In this document: in pieces, positions 14,677 through 24,773 of the stretch | Layout: the number at the start of each line of letters is the position of its first letter | Position numbering within the stretch: the stretch's first letter is position 1 | Source: a virus | Lineage: Duplodnaviria; Caudoviricetes | Virus record (IMG/VR): IMGVR_UViG_3300020016_000033 | Span: 1 to 29,897 of that record | Length of the DNA stretch: 29,897 nt | Strand: one strand, 5' to 3' | Program-made: the position numbers and the translations under genes | The notes under the pieces: generated by a model | What the model was told of the DNA's origin: nothing | Database searches by the model: none | Seen by the model: the letters and a program-made list of their open reading frames with translations, nothing else

Positions 14677-17600
14677 TCATGTGAACCAGCCGTCAGCGGC
14701 GGCGGCGTTCTCGATGCTTTGCATTTGTGCCGTGCTCAACCCGTAAGCGAACAGTGCGACGTGGGCCAAGGCGCCGGGGAAGTAACGGTCGTTATGACCA
14801 CGCCCGGCGATCCGTAGATCCGATGTCGTGTCGCCAGGCAACCCGGCGCCGCCGTTGTTCGTGATCGTCAGATTGGTGCCGTTCAAACGGAACACGATCG
14901 CGGTGCCGGGGAACAGGTCAGGCACCTTCCAAATCATGCAGTTCCACGCCGACGCGTCGGGGAACACCGACGCGAAGCAGCTGTCATATTCGGAGCCGTT
15001 CGGGTTCCACACGATCGCCCGCAGCTCATCGTCGGACGCCTCGAACGCATACTCGTTCTGACTGACCGGTCCCGCCTTGGCGAGCACAGCCCGTTCGCCG
15101 CCGGCCGCGCTCGGATGCACCATCGCCACGACCGTCATCCCGTTGACGCCCAGCGACCAGTCAGGATCATCGGCGATGTTCACGTACTCATCGGTGCCGT
15201 TGAACACGGCGTAGTCGTCGCCGTCGGGACCAGCCTGACCGCCCAGCGCGGGTGTGTTCGTGTAGATGCCGTCGCGGGCGTTACCGGAGTAGTCGATCGC
15301 AGTCGTGCCGGCCAGTTCGTTGAGTTTCCAGTACCCGACCGGATTGAGGGCAAGGATCGCCGTTTCGAGGTCCGTCGCCGGTGGTGTGACCGCTTCGCCC
15401 CACAGGGCGCAGTCGGTAACCCACGACTCGGGTGGCGCGCCGACACGCCAAATCGGGAGGGCGTTGATTGTCAGTGCCGCGCCGCCGAGCGTCTGAGCGT
15501 CAACCTCGACGTCGTCGACGAACAGGGTCAGCGTGCCGACCGCCGAGTCGTAGAACGCAGCGATGACGTACTCGGTGGCGGCGTCGAGATCGCCGGAGAT
15601 GACCGACAGGTTCCCGTCGACCGTGGCGACAGTCGCCCCCGCGTTCCAGTCGGTTCCGGTGCTGGGCGCGCAGGTGATGCGCAGCGCGGCGCATTCCATC
15701 AGGACACACGCCTCATTGTTGGCGATGGTCGTGCGAACACTGATCGTCTTGTCGCCGGTGTGCCCTGTGATCTGTGGGCATTCGCCGTACGCGACAATGC
15801 CGCCAGCCGTGTCCGACCACGGTGGGTCCGGTACCGCGACCAACACCCGCTGGTTCGGGTCGCCGCCCAACAGCGCAGCGATCTCGAGGAGCGCGTCGCC
15901 GTGTACCGCTTCGATCCCTGACACCGCTTCACGGATGATGTCAGGCGCACAAATCTTGGGGACGTAGACGAGTAGCGACGGCTCGTTGTACGGGAACGTG
16001 GACAGCGCCGGCGGTTCGGTGCACGGGTCGGTCCAGTCGTCGGGCGGATCGAACGCCGGCCCCGGTATCCAAGTGATCCCATCACATGTCGACCGGAACC
16101 GGTACATCGACCCTTCGTTGAAGAACGAGTTGTCGATCGGATACGTGAGTGAGTAGGTGCCGTCCCCGTTGGGGGTGAGCTCGGACCCGGAGAACGAGTC
16201 GACCGTCACCCAGCCGGAGCCGTCGTTTTCTTGGAGGTCGATTTCGAAGTCTTCGCATTCGAACTCGGGTGGTTCGCCGATGACGTCGGTGTCGCCAGGG
16301 TCTTCGCCGGGGGTGGGGATCGGGAAGATGCGGGCGGCGGTCGTGAAGCGGACTTCGCGGATCGCCGAGAAGTTGGTGATGACCCCGTCGACTTGGCGGA
16401 TCAGACGAACTTGGAAGCGGTAGTTGGTGGCCGGGTCGAGCCAGAACAGGTTGGCACCGTCGGCTCCGACGCCGGGGTATGTGTCGGTCGTCCAGATCAA
16501 CGAACGCCCGATGACACGGAACTGAACGTTCGTCGGGGTGATCGACGGCTGTACAGGGTTGACCCATGTGAACTCGGCGGAGCTGGGGCCGCCGACGATC
16601 GGTGTGATGGATCCGACGAACGCCAGGTCCTCTACTGGCAGCAACGGCTCCGATGTGACGGTCGGCTCCAAATCGATCTGGACGGTGGACTGCCACGACA
16701 GCAGACCGTCGCCCCGCCAGGTGCGTTCCTCGACGATGTTGCGCACCCATCCGCCGCCGGTGACGACAAGCCCGTCATCGGTTGTCTGGTGCCAGATCGT
16801 GACCGGGTCGAGATGGTCAACGATCGCCAACGCCGACCAGAAACCTTCATGATCCGACGTCACCCGCAGGGGTAGCGCCTGTTTCGACGCGTAGGCGCGC
16901 ACCGCCAGGAGGTTGTCGACGACGGGCGGGTTGTTGTAAATCCATGTCGCCGTGAACGGCCGCACACCGAACCGTTTGGCCGACACCGGGTCATCGTTGG
17001 GATACACCTCACTGTCGAATCCGTCGTCGAACGTGACCACGAACGAGTTGAGGACACCGGCGTTCGTGTCGGACACTCCGAACGGTTGCTGGTCGTCGTC
17101 GGCGATGTATTCGATCTCGGTGAAATCCGGCGAGTAGGAGAAGACAAGACCCGATGGGTAGACGTCCAGCAGCGGGTTCGGGTAACGGTCGACGTTCGTG
17201 GTGTCCCACGGTGCCGGGTGGGCGACGAGACGACCAGTGCGCAGCGACCGCCACACCCGACCGGTCGGATCGGAGATGGCGTCGAGACGGGCGCTAGCCA
17301 CGACCGGGTTGAGGTCGATCAGGAAGAGCGATTCGTCACCGTAGGTGTCGACACCAAAGTTCCAGCCCGCGCCCAGCAGAACCTTCTCAACATATTCGGG
17401 GTAGTCGAGTCCGTTTTCGTCGACGATTGTCGGGACGTTGGCGAGGTCGGAGATGGTGTCGACGATCGACACGATGTGTGTGCGTATCTGCCCGCGGGCT
17501 GCGGATGCGTCGCCCCACGATTCGACCCGACCCGTCCAGATCGCCGACCATTCAACAGTGTCACCTGATACGACACGCGACAGGGCGGCGCGCATCAACA

Positions 17601-17955
17601 GACCAGCGCCCAACGGCACATCGACACCGAACAGGCCGGACGTGTCCTGACCCCACGGGGCGAGACGGTCATCGACGGCCTGCAGTTCGACGGTGACGAG
17701 GCGGGCGCGGGCGTGGCCCATGTAGTCGTCGGCGCCGAACTGGTGGCGGTCCCCGGCGTAGTAGTCGGTGATGTCATGCCAGCCGACAAGCGCCGCGGCA
17801 GGATCCAACAACTCGAGCGCGAACCGCCACTCGCCCGCGACGGCTGGGCGCTGGATCGCAGCGCCATGCGACGCGACTGGTGCGGTGACAATCAGTTCGT
17901 CGAGGGGAAGTACCGGGAATGGTGCCGCGATGCCGTTGAACAGGAGCAGCAGCAC
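14677..17955 (-). CDS. Large minor tail / baseplate-receptor-binding protein with FN3-like and LamG-like domains
   Basis: Follows the TMP. Hub-like N-terminus (IWTGRVESW), FN3-like LDPATNYRFQVR, C-terminal LNPVGYWKLNE...DYSGNARDG...FPGALAHVALFAYGLS. Confidence 0.8.
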   Translation of the reverse strand: MLLLLFNGIAAPFPVLPLDELIVTAPVASHGAAIQRPAVAGEWRFALELLDPAAALVGWHDITDYYAGDRHQFGADDYMGHARARLVTVELQAVDDRLAPWGQDTSGLFGVDVPLGAGLLMRAALSRVVSGDTVEWSAIWTGRVESWGDASAARGQIRTHIVSIVDTISDLANVPTIVDENGLDYPEYVEKVLLGAGWNFGVDTYGDESLFLIDLNPVVASARLDAISDPTGRVWRSLRTGRLVAHPAPWDTTNVDRYPNPLLDVYPSGLVFSYSPDFTEIEYIADDDQQPFGVSDTNAGVLNSFVVTFDDGFDSEVYPNDDPVSAKRFGVRPFTATWIYNNPPVVDNLLAVRAYASKQALPLRVTSDHEGFWSALAIVDHLDPVTIWHQTTDDGLVVTGGGWVRNIVEERTWRGDGLLSWQSTVQIDLEPTVTSEPLLPVEDLAFVGSITPIVGGPSSAEFTWVNPVQPSITPTNVQFRVIGRSLIWTTDTYPGVGADGANLFWLDPATNYRFQVRLIRQVDGVITNFSAIREVRFTTAARIFPIPTPGEDPGDTDVIGEPPEFECEDFEIDLQENDGSGWVTVDSFSGSELTPNGDGTYSLTYPIDNSFFNEGSMYRFRSTCDGITWIPGPAFDPPDDWTDPCTEPPALSTFPYNEPSLLVYVPKICAPDIIREAVSGIEAVHGDALLEIAALLGGDPNQRVLVAVPDPPWSDTAGGIVAYGECPQITGHTGDKTISVRTTIANNEACVLMECAALRITCAPSTGTDWNAGATVATVDGNLSVISGDLDAATEYVIAAFYDSAVGTLTLFVDDVEVDAQTLGGAALTINALPIWRVGAPPESWVTDCALWGEAVTPPATDLETAILALNPVGYWKLNELAGTTAIDYSGNARDGIYTNTPALGGQAGPDGDDYAVFNGTDEYVNIADDPDWSLGVNGMTVVAMVHPSAAGGERAVLAKAGPVSQNEYAFEASDDELRAIVWNPNGSEYDSCFASVFPDASAWNCMIWKVPDLFPGTAIVFRLNGTNLTITNNGGAGLPGDTTSDLRIAGRGHNDRYFPGALAHVALFAYGLSTAQMQSIENAAAADGWFT

Positions 17956-17958
17956 CGG

Positions 17959-19701
17959 TTACCTCGGACCGTTGCGTCGAAGGTCGATCTGGTCGTTCTG
18001 CCACTGCGTAGTCGGCGTCGTCCCGACCGGGTAGTTGTTGATGATGGTGCGCTGATCGAGAGAACCGACTGGCAGCGGTGCGGGGGTGGACACACCGGAG
18101 AAGATCGGCGCGGACGGTGCGGCGCCCGGTGTGAAGATTCCGTTCGCCGAATCGAACCCGGCGAGCATCGCGACAGGCTCCGTGAACGACACCGGCACCG
18201 TGACACCCTTCGTCAAGTCGGCGAGGATGCGGTACAGGTCGTCGAGCGAACCGGTTTCGATCTCTGTCGCGATCCGCACCTTCTTGTCGGGCGGTATGCC
18301 TTTGATCGATTCGAGGAGGCGCAACAGTTGGCGTTGCAGGTCACGAACGGAGCGGTTGTAGTTGCGGACGCCTTCCTCACCGTCTTCGGTGACGTGCTTC
18401 TGTGCTTCGGCGATCTCAGCGAACTGGTCGGTGATGTCATCAACCAGATCTTTGAGGTCGAGCCTGTCAGCGACGTCACCCAACGCAGCGTCGACGGCGT
18501 CGCCGACGGCCTTCACGGCGTCGGCTAGTTCGTTGAGGGCGTTGTCTCGGGCCTCCTGGTTGAGATCGGCGAGATGTTCCCTGGCATCGTCGAGGGCGCC
18601 GGCCATGTCGCCGATCTTCGGACCGGCGTTCGCTGCCTTGTCGCCGAGACTGGCCGTGTGTTCTGCCGCCTCTGCTGCGGCGTCGGCGGTCGCCTTCGCC
18701 TCATCGGACAGCTCGCCCAAATCGGGCGCCGCCGCGTTGACCGAGTCCGCCATCCGATCGACTTGACCTGAGAACGTCTCGGCCGCATCGCCACCATCAT
18801 CAAACCGGTCCTTGACCTCTTTGACCGCACGAACGAACGCGCCAAGCGCACCGAGTTGGCCGCGGTTGATGCCGCCGAGGCTGATGTCGCCCGGCAGGTT
18901 GCCGAGCACATCGTTCACTTTGCCGGCGGCCTTCTCGGCCTCCACCAGTCCTGCTGCCAGTTCGCCGATGACCGGGACCAACTGGTCTCCGACAGTTAGT
19001 TCGACCTGCTTGAGACTGTCGGCAAGGCCGTCCATCTGGTCGCGGAACTTGCGAGCCCTCGCGAGCTGCGCCGGGCTGATGACTTGCGCGTCGGCGACCC
19101 CGTCGAGCCGCTTCTTGATCTCATCGGCGTCACCGAGCAACAGTTCCGCCGAATCTGCGAAACCCTTACCGAACAACTGCGCAGCCAGCAGCGCCCGCTT
19201 GTTGGCGTCCTGCACGCCGTTCAGGCGCCCGATCGCGTCAAGCATCGTCGCGTTGACGTCTACCTGACCGTCCTTAGTGCGCTTCGTTTCGATGCCGAGT
19301 TCCTGGACAGCGTCAGAGTTCGAAGCAACAGCCTTCTGCAACCGGACGAGACTGCCGGCGACAGCCTCAGTCGACACGCCGAGATCGCCCGCCACCTCCT
19401 GCAACCGCGACGCATCCTCGACTGTCAGGCCGGTTGCATCCGACAACTTGCCGGCAGCCAACGCTGTCTCCTGGAACGCCTTGACCGACTTGGCGCCGAA
19501 CGCGGCGATCGCCCCACCGGCACCCAATGCCAGGGCACCGGCGTTGGCCTGGACGGTGGCAAACGCCGACGACGCACCGGCCCGGAACTTCCCGACCGTT
19601 CCCTCCGCCTCGGACACCGACTGACGAAAGCCCCTGATTCCGGCTTGCGCCTTATCGGTGACGATCTCGATGGCGTAGATGAGGCGTTCGCGAATCGCCA
19701 T
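17959..19701 (-). CDS. Tail tape measure protein
   Basis: Ala-rich helical 580 aa; KLSDATGLTVEDASRL, AQLFGKG; tail-region position. Confidence 0.85.
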   Translation of the reverse strand: MAIRERLIYAIEIVTDKAQAGIRGFRQSVSEAEGTVGKFRAGASSAFATVQANAGALALGAGGAIAAFGAKSVKAFQETALAAGKLSDATGLTVEDASRLQEVAGDLGVSTEAVAGSLVRLQKAVASNSDAVQELGIETKRTKDGQVDVNATMLDAIGRLNGVQDANKRALLAAQLFGKGFADSAELLLGDADEIKKRLDGVADAQVISPAQLARARKFRDQMDGLADSLKQVELTVGDQLVPVIGELAAGLVEAEKAAGKVNDVLGNLPGDISLGGINRGQLGALGAFVRAVKEVKDRFDDGGDAAETFSGQVDRMADSVNAAAPDLGELSDEAKATADAAAEAAEHTASLGDKAANAGPKIGDMAGALDDAREHLADLNQEARDNALNELADAVKAVGDAVDAALGDVADRLDLKDLVDDITDQFAEIAEAQKHVTEDGEEGVRNYNRSVRDLQRQLLRLLESIKGIPPDKKVRIATEIETGSLDDLYRILADLTKGVTVPVSFTEPVAMLAGFDSANGIFTPGAAPSAPIFSGVSTPAPLPVGSLDQRTIINNYPVGTTPTTQWQNDQIDLRRNGPR

Positions 19702-19704
19702 CGG

Positions 19705-20211
19705 TCACGCTCCGTTCTGAAAGGACCGCCTCACAACGGTGTCGGTGCGCTTCGCGATGAGCGTGCGCACCTTCGGTTCGGCGCGTTCCCGGCCACGGTT
19801 CCAAGTGTCCTTACCGCGTCTGACGCCGGGGTGATCGACCGAAGCGCGCACGCCGACACCGGGGATCGCCAACATCTTGCGGCGACGGCGAGCGCCGGCC
19901 TTCGGGATGCGGTGCGCCTTGATCGGGTTCGCGATCAACGGCACCGGGCCGGTCGCCTTGACGGTTGCTGTGGTTGCCGAACCGGAACCGATGAGGTCGT
20001 AGCGGGCACCGATCGCGGCACCCTTGCCGGACCGGACTCGAGACAATCGCAGATCGCCGCCGGCATCAGCGCGCATCTCGTCAAGCTGCTGATCCTTGGC
20101 CGCTTTGGCCGCTAGACGAACCGAGTCCCGCACCGACGCTTGAATGTCGTGGTCGATCTTGTCGACGCGTCGTCTGAGGTCGCTCGCGAGGTGTGAAACG
20201 TCGCGGGTCAT
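19705..20211 (-). CDS. Basic tail-completion (HK97 gp10-like) protein
   Basis: Arg/Lys-rich; AHRIPK...VDHPG..GKDTW. Confidence 0.65.
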   Translation of the reverse strand: MTRDVSHLASDLRRRVDKIDHDIQASVRDSVRLAAKAAKDQQLDEMRADAGGDLRLSRVRSGKGAAIGARYDLIGSGSATTATVKATGPVPLIANPIKAHRIPKAGARRRRKMLAIPGVGVRASVDHPGVRRGKDTWNRGRERAEPKVRTLIAKRTDTVVRRSFQNGA

Positions 20212-20639
20212 GCCACGATCGGTTGGGACACGTCGCGCGCCGGGTACGTCTTCGACTGTCGGCGAGCCTCGAACGCCGGGGCGCCCATGTCCACATCGGT
20301 GACAACGATGTAGCCGGTGCGTTGCGGGTTCGACGTGCCCACCGTGTCATCAGCCGGTGTGTACTCGAAATACAGTTCCCCGGTGCGGGTCTGCATCGCG
20401 TTCCACAACTCCTGCCACAACCCCGATGTCGTCACATAGTCGGAGAGGAACACGACCGTCACCGACGCCTGCCCTGCACCGGCTTTCTCCTCGAACGTCG
20501 GATTGGCGGGGGTGGGGGCTTTGACGACGGTGTTGCGACGCTCGTTGATCTGGAACGTCTGAAACGCGCACGAATAGTCTGTGAGCGCATCGGCGGCGGG
20601 GCCGAGCATGACGATCGGGCGATCCTGTACCAGGCTCAT
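20208..20639 (-). CDS. Tail tube-like protein 2
   Basis: Shares motifs with 20983-21414 (DRPIVMLG, TDYSC, PADDTVGTSNP). Confidence 0.6.
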   Translation of the reverse strand: MSLVQDRPIVMLGPAADALTDYSCAFQTFQINERRNTVVKAPTPANPTFEEKAGAGQASVTVVFLSDYVTTSGLWQELWNAMQTRTGELYFEYTPADDTVGTSNPQRTGYIVVTDVDMGAPAFEARRQSKTYPARDVSQPIVA

Positions 20640-20977
20640 GGCACCTCAGGGTCGTGGTCGTCGCGGACAGCGATCTCGTCGGGCCATGTCGCGGGGAGGG
20701 TGAGGAGGTCGCCGGAACCGAACGTGATCTCGTACTCGAGCAGCCACACACCGGCGTCGGCTTCGTTCGCCAACCATCCGTCGTAGTCGCCGAAGTCGAT
20801 TTCGATCTCACCGGTGTCGGAATCGGTGAGAGTGCATTCGAGTTCGGCGGGCGCGGTCGAGCCACGCCAGACGTGGGCGACGATGTCAACCTCCGACGCG
20901 GTCACCCCGACCAGTTCGTCGAGGATCCGCGTGCGGGTCAGGTTGATATCGCCGGCGACTGCCGCAGCGAGCCGCAT
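20636..20977 (-). CDS. Acidic beta-rich virion protein (BppU N-terminal-like)
   Basis: DTGEIEIDF...AGVWLLEYEITFGSGDLLTLP. Confidence 0.55.
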   Translation of the reverse strand: MRLAAAVAGDINLTRTRILDELVGVTASEVDIVAHVWRGSTAPAELECTLTDSDTGEIEIDFGDYDGWLANEADAGVWLLEYEITFGSGDLLTLPATWPDEIAVRDDHDPEVP

Positions 20978-20982
20978 GACGG

Positions 20983-21414
20983 TCAGGCAGTCGAGACGTC
21001 GTAAGCGGGTTCACCGACAACGGTGAACGGCACGTCGTACGTCGCCGAGCCGCCGACCTCATGTTCAGGGATGAACGCGATGGGGTCGACGTAGGCGTCG
21101 AACGTCGCTTCCGGGTTGGCCGCCGAGATCGCCGTGTCATCCGATGGCATCAATGTCATCTCGACCGGCGTCGCCGTGTCCAGTGTCTGCCAGAAGTTCC
21201 ATGACCCCTCGTCGCCGTACGACATGCGGACGCGAAGCACACCGGTCCACGCGACGCGGCCGGGAGCTGTACCACCAGGATTGCAGTACGTCTCGATGTC
21301 GGTCGTGGTCACGTTCGGGACCAGCGTCGCCATCTGCAAGTGGCAGGTGATGTCGTCGGTGCCGATCAGCACGGTCGGGCGTTCGTAGATGAACGGGTCT
21401 GCTACGGCCATCAT
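20983..21414 (-). CDS. Major tail tube protein
   Basis: DITCHLQMATLVP, ETYC, C-terminal DVPFTVVGEP; GAGGAGG RBS. Confidence 0.75.
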   Translation of the reverse strand: MMAVADPFIYERPTVLIGTDDITCHLQMATLVPNVTTTDIETYCNPGGTAPGRVAWTGVLRVRMSYGDEGSWNFWQTLDTATPVEMTLMPSDDTAISAANPEATFDAYVDPIAFIPEHEVGGSATYDVPFTVVGEPAYDVSTA

Positions 21415-21632
21415 CCCTCCTCAGGGTTGGCATGGGGTTCAGCCGGGATGACGGCTGACGGTTCCGCTGGTTCTGCGGGTTTAGGTGCACGCGTGATCCA
21501 ACGGTCGCCGCGGCGACTCAGCAGATCGATGGTGCGTCGGATGGTGACGGGGTCGCCCTTGCGGTACATCTTGCGGCCGTGTTTGAAGTTGCGGGCCGCG
21601 ACCCACTGCTTCGGCTTCGGGGCGGAAGGCAT
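21411..21632 (-). CDS. Small basic hypothetical virion-region protein
   Basis: FKHGRKMYRKGD, Pro/Ala/Glu tail; coupled. Confidence 0.6.
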   Translation of the reverse strand: MPSAPKPKQWVAARNFKHGRKMYRKGDPVTIRRTIDLLSRRGDRWITRAPKPAEPAEPSAVIPAEPHANPEEG

Positions 21633-22018
21633 CAGGCGAACTCTCTTTCGATCCCTACGGCGACGATCACGGCGGGGAGTTGGTTGTCGCCTGACGTGAC
21701 GTTGATGAATCCGCTGATCCCGCGGAACCCGTACCGGTAGCCGGCGGGGGATGCCGTCCGTAGCGTGGCGCGGACCTTGTCGATCATGTCGTCGAGCGCG
21801 TCGGCGACGGCGGGCGGGTCGCCTGGTCTGCTGATGAGCGTTGCGTCGAACAGAATGGCGTCAGAGCAGTATCCGGACGCTGTCACGTAGCCGCCAGCCG
21901 ATGCTTCGACGACGACGGCGGGCGGGTTGACTTGCGCTCCTAGCGCCGAATCGGAAGCGGACAACCCGGCGGCGAGATGCGCCGACAGGTCGTGACGGTA
22001 CGTCTTCAACGGTGTCAC
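21632..22018 (-). CDS. Tail terminator
   Basis: VNPPAVVV, LDDMIDKV; lies after the head-tail adaptor. Confidence 0.65.
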   Translation of the reverse strand: MTPLKTYRHDLSAHLAAGLSASDSALGAQVNPPAVVVEASAGGYVTASGYCSDAILFDATLISRPGDPPAVADALDDMIDKVRATLRTASPAGYRYGFRGISGFINVTSGDNQLPAVIVAVGIEREFA

Positions 22019-22347
22019 GCAAAGCCCCACGATCGGGACGGGGTTATCAGCCGTTCGATGTCCGGGTCGACAGACGTGACACGCACCGCACCGAACTCAC
22101 CGAACCCGCCGATGCCCTCCGGTGACAGCCGGCGGCGGAACAGCCGCGACGTGAGCTCGAGCGTCGCTTCCCGCACGTTGTCGGAGACGATGTCGATGTA
22201 GTCGTCGTCTTCGACGATGTTGCCATCGCAGCGAAAGCCGATGTACGCAACCGCTGCGTTCAGGCACTGCTCGAGGATCGGCATCTGGTCGTCGTTGACT
22301 TCGCCGATGTATTGGCGGGTTTCACCGATGTCGGGCCACGTCGCCAT
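22015..22347 (-). CDS. Head-tail adaptor (gp6-like)
   Basis: VREATLELTSRLFRRRLSPEGI.GFGEFGAVRV..VDPDIERLI; GGAGG RBS. Confidence 0.85.
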   Translation of the reverse strand: MATWPDIGETRQYIGEVNDDQMPILEQCLNAAVAYIGFRCDGNIVEDDDYIDIVSDNVREATLELTSRLFRRRLSPEGIGGFGEFGAVRVTSVDPDIERLITPSRSWGFA

Positions 22348-22900
22348 GAGGCACCTCCGGTGTCGTGTAATGCAAATGCACGGGGCGAACATCCCAGTCG
22401 ATGGGGACGTTGCGGCGCTCGCCGATGGGTTGGCGCATGTGCCATCGGCTGAACTCGGTGTCACCGAACTTCGATGCTGGCGACATCTGCGCTACGAACT
22501 GGGCGATGAGCTCGCGGGGCAGGTAAATCAGACCGAAGCCGAACAGGTGACAGTACGTGTCGGCCGGACCTTTGACCCATGTCCGCATACCGGGTTCGCG
22601 GACGCGATGAACGTAGAACGGGATCTGCGGCGTGATCCCGGAGTGCCCGCGATACAGCAGATACGGGGCTACACGCACCCGGTCAGGTTCAGCGGCTGCA
22701 CGCGTCATGAACAGATGGAGCTGTTCGCCGCCGACAGCGATGTCCCATTCGATGAGGACGATGTCGTCGTCGTAGTCGACGAGTCGGCGGTAGTCGAACT
22801 GTGTGTCGTTGCCGGCGCCCATCACGAACCGTTCGATGTCGTCGACGACGTAGGAGCGGCCTTCGGGGATGACGGCGGGCCAGGATCGTACGAGTTTCAT
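22322..22900 (-). CDS. Divergent GT-A fold glycosyltransferase
   Basis: IVLIEWDI (ExD variant), GFGLIYLP, GDTEFS, VHLH. Confidence 0.6.
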   Translation of the reverse strand: MKLVRSWPAVIPEGRSYVVDDIERFVMGAGNDTQFDYRRLVDYDDDIVLIEWDIAVGGEQLHLFMTRAAAEPDRVRVAPYLLYRGHSGITPQIPFYVHRVREPGMRTWVKGPADTYCHLFGFGLIYLPRELIAQFVAQMSPASKFGDTEFSRWHMRQPIGERRNVPIDWDVRPVHLHYTTPEVPHGDVARHR

Positions 22901-23562
22901 GCGGTCGCCCCGAGTACGTCGCGGGTGTAGTTGGAGATGGTCGGGTCGGCGTGAGCGATGTAGTACCGCTCTTCGTCATCCATGTCTGCGGGCGCCATGT
23001 ACCACGGCAGATGTCGAATCGAGTACGGCGCCGGCAGGCGGTAGGCGTTGTACCGGAACCGGCGAGTCATGTAGGGCGCATACAGCGCGAACGTCGTGTC
23101 GATCGGTGCCAGATACGCCTGTAGATGTTCATCCCAGTTCGCCCAGTAACGCGACTCCCACGCCACCGATCGGTCGGCAATCCACGGCGCCAGGTCGTCA
23201 ATCTTGATCGAGAACCCGCACTTGGCTAACCCGGGCTTTCGGCGTAGCACTTCGGCCATGCGGGCGATCGCATCGTCGGGGCAATCTTCGACCGGGAGCA
23301 CGTCGGGGTCGGTGTAGATGAACGGACGGGCCGCTGCGTACTTCCGCAGGATGCCCGATGACCAGCCGACACGGTGCCCTTCGTTCTCTCGGCGGATGAC
23401 GGTGTGCGGTGTGCTGGCGTAGTAATCGAGCAGGGGCTCCCATGTGGATGCGTTGTCGATCAGGTAGACCTCGTCGGCGTTGCCTACCGACTCGAGCCAG
23501 TCGAGCAGCCCGACGAGGCAGGTGAGCCGGTCACGGCAGACGATGAACACCGGATAGCTCAC
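22897..23562 (-). CDS. Glycosyltransferase family 2
   Basis: VFIVCRDR, LIDNAST, NEGH, FIYTDPD (DxD), IDTTFALY, HLPWY. Confidence 0.85.
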   Translation of the reverse strand: MSYPVFIVCRDRLTCLVGLLDWLESVGNADEVYLIDNASTWEPLLDYYASTPHTVIRRENEGHRVGWSSGILRKYAAARPFIYTDPDVLPVEDCPDDAIARMAEVLRRKPGLAKCGFSIKIDDLAPWIADRSVAWESRYWANWDEHLQAYLAPIDTTFALYAPYMTRRFRYNAYRLPAPYSIRHLPWYMAPADMDDEERYYIAHADPTISNYTRDVLGATA

Positions 23563-24083
23563 GCCTGCCACCACCAGACCGGACCTTCGACCGACACGGC
23601 GCCGAGCCGGTCACGCACGGCTAGCCAGACGTCTTTCATCGGGTAGTCGTCGCCACAGATAATCCCACCGGGCGACATCTGTGGTCGGAAAGCGTCGATC
23701 TGCGCGGAGACTTCCGCTTCGGTGTGGTCAGCGTCGATGAATACCAGCGCCACCGGCCCATCCATCGTTTTGAGATATCGACGCCACTCCATCCGGTAGG
23801 GGGTTACGTGCGGGTGGCCCGCGAGGTTCGCCGACCACCGAGCGAACACGTCCCGTGTCTTCACTTGCTGACGCTGATAGCCGTCCGATTTGGCACCCTG
23901 CCAATGGTCTACGGCGTGAACGTCACGGCCGGTGGCGCCAGCGATAGCAAGCGTGGAACGTCCCTCCCACGATCCGAGCTCCACAATCCGACCAGGCACA
24001 TCCTCGACCTTGCGGACCAGGTCGGCGAGCGTGGCGCACGATGCGTCGGTGAACCAATTTTCGGTGAACTCGGCGGCGCTCAT
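23559..24083 (-). CDS. Class I SAM-dependent methyltransferase (Methyltransf_24-like)
   Basis: IVELGSWEGRST, AVDHW, VFIDADH, GGIICGDDY. Confidence 0.9.
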   Translation of the reverse strand: MSAAEFTENWFTDASCATLADLVRKVEDVPGRIVELGSWEGRSTLAIAGATGRDVHAVDHWQGAKSDGYQRQQVKTRDVFARWSANLAGHPHVTPYRMEWRRYLKTMDGPVALVFIDADHTEAEVSAQIDAFRPQMSPGGIICGDDYPMKDVWLAVRDRLGAVSVEGPVWWWQA

Positions 24084-24760
24084 GTCAGCCTCACAAGATC
24101 CTCATCGAGCCTGTTCCTGACGTAGGCGCTGTACGCGGCCTTCCCGTTCCGGTACGCCTCTGGGCTGTTCACCTGGCGGTAGCCGTCGTCCATGTCGGAC
24201 TTTCCGGCGTGGGGGTGCATGTGTTCGATCACCACGTCAGGGAGGTAGGCGAGGGTGCCCAATCGTTCGCCGAGGGTGCGGAAGTAGTTGTCCATGTAAA
24301 GGTGGGCGATGGTGGGGGGGACCATGTAGCCGAGCCGGCGCACGATTTCGGCGTCGAGGAACGCGGCGGTCGGCAACTTGTCGCCTTGGTGCAGGTCGTT
24401 GCAGTAGACGACACCGAGCGGCTTCATGGCGTCCGCGACGGCTACATCCCAGCCGGGGGTGCGGGGGTGGTGGTCGTCGCCGATCTGGCCGACGATGTCG
24501 AACCCGGCGGCGCCGCCGATCGTGACCGCCACGAAGTTGACCCAGTCGCAGAGCGACCGCCACGCACCGCCGATCGGGAACACACGATCGGACGGCCACG
24601 GATCGATCAACGCCATGTAGTCAGGGAGGCACGGATCGTCCTGGTCGAGACACACGGCGAGCGTTGCGGCCGCCGCGGTCTGTTCCCAGCAGTCGAGCAG
24701 GGCGGCGATGTTGTGCGGCCTGGCCCGCGACGGGCAGATGACGAGTGTCTCCATGCCCAT
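24080..24760 (-). CDS. Glycosyltransferase family 2
   Basis: ICPSRARP, LDQDDP, IGDDH, VVYCND, HLYMDN, IEHMHP. Confidence 0.85.
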   Translation of the reverse strand: MGMETLVICPSRARPHNIAALLDCWEQTAAAATLAVCLDQDDPCLPDYMALIDPWPSDRVFPIGGAWRSLCDWVNFVAVTIGGAAGFDIVGQIGDDHHPRTPGWDVAVADAMKPLGVVYCNDLHQGDKLPTAAFLDAEIVRRLGYMVPPTIAHLYMDNYFRTLGERLGTLAYLPDVVIEHMHPHAGKSDMDDGYRQVNSPEAYRNGKAAYSAYVRNRLDEDLVRLT

Positions 24761-24773
24761 CCGATCCGAGGTG

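Noticed and set aside
14677-17955. Diversity-generating retroelement or invertible tail-fibre cassette
   Set aside because: No reverse transcriptase, invertase or template/variable repeat pair was seen.
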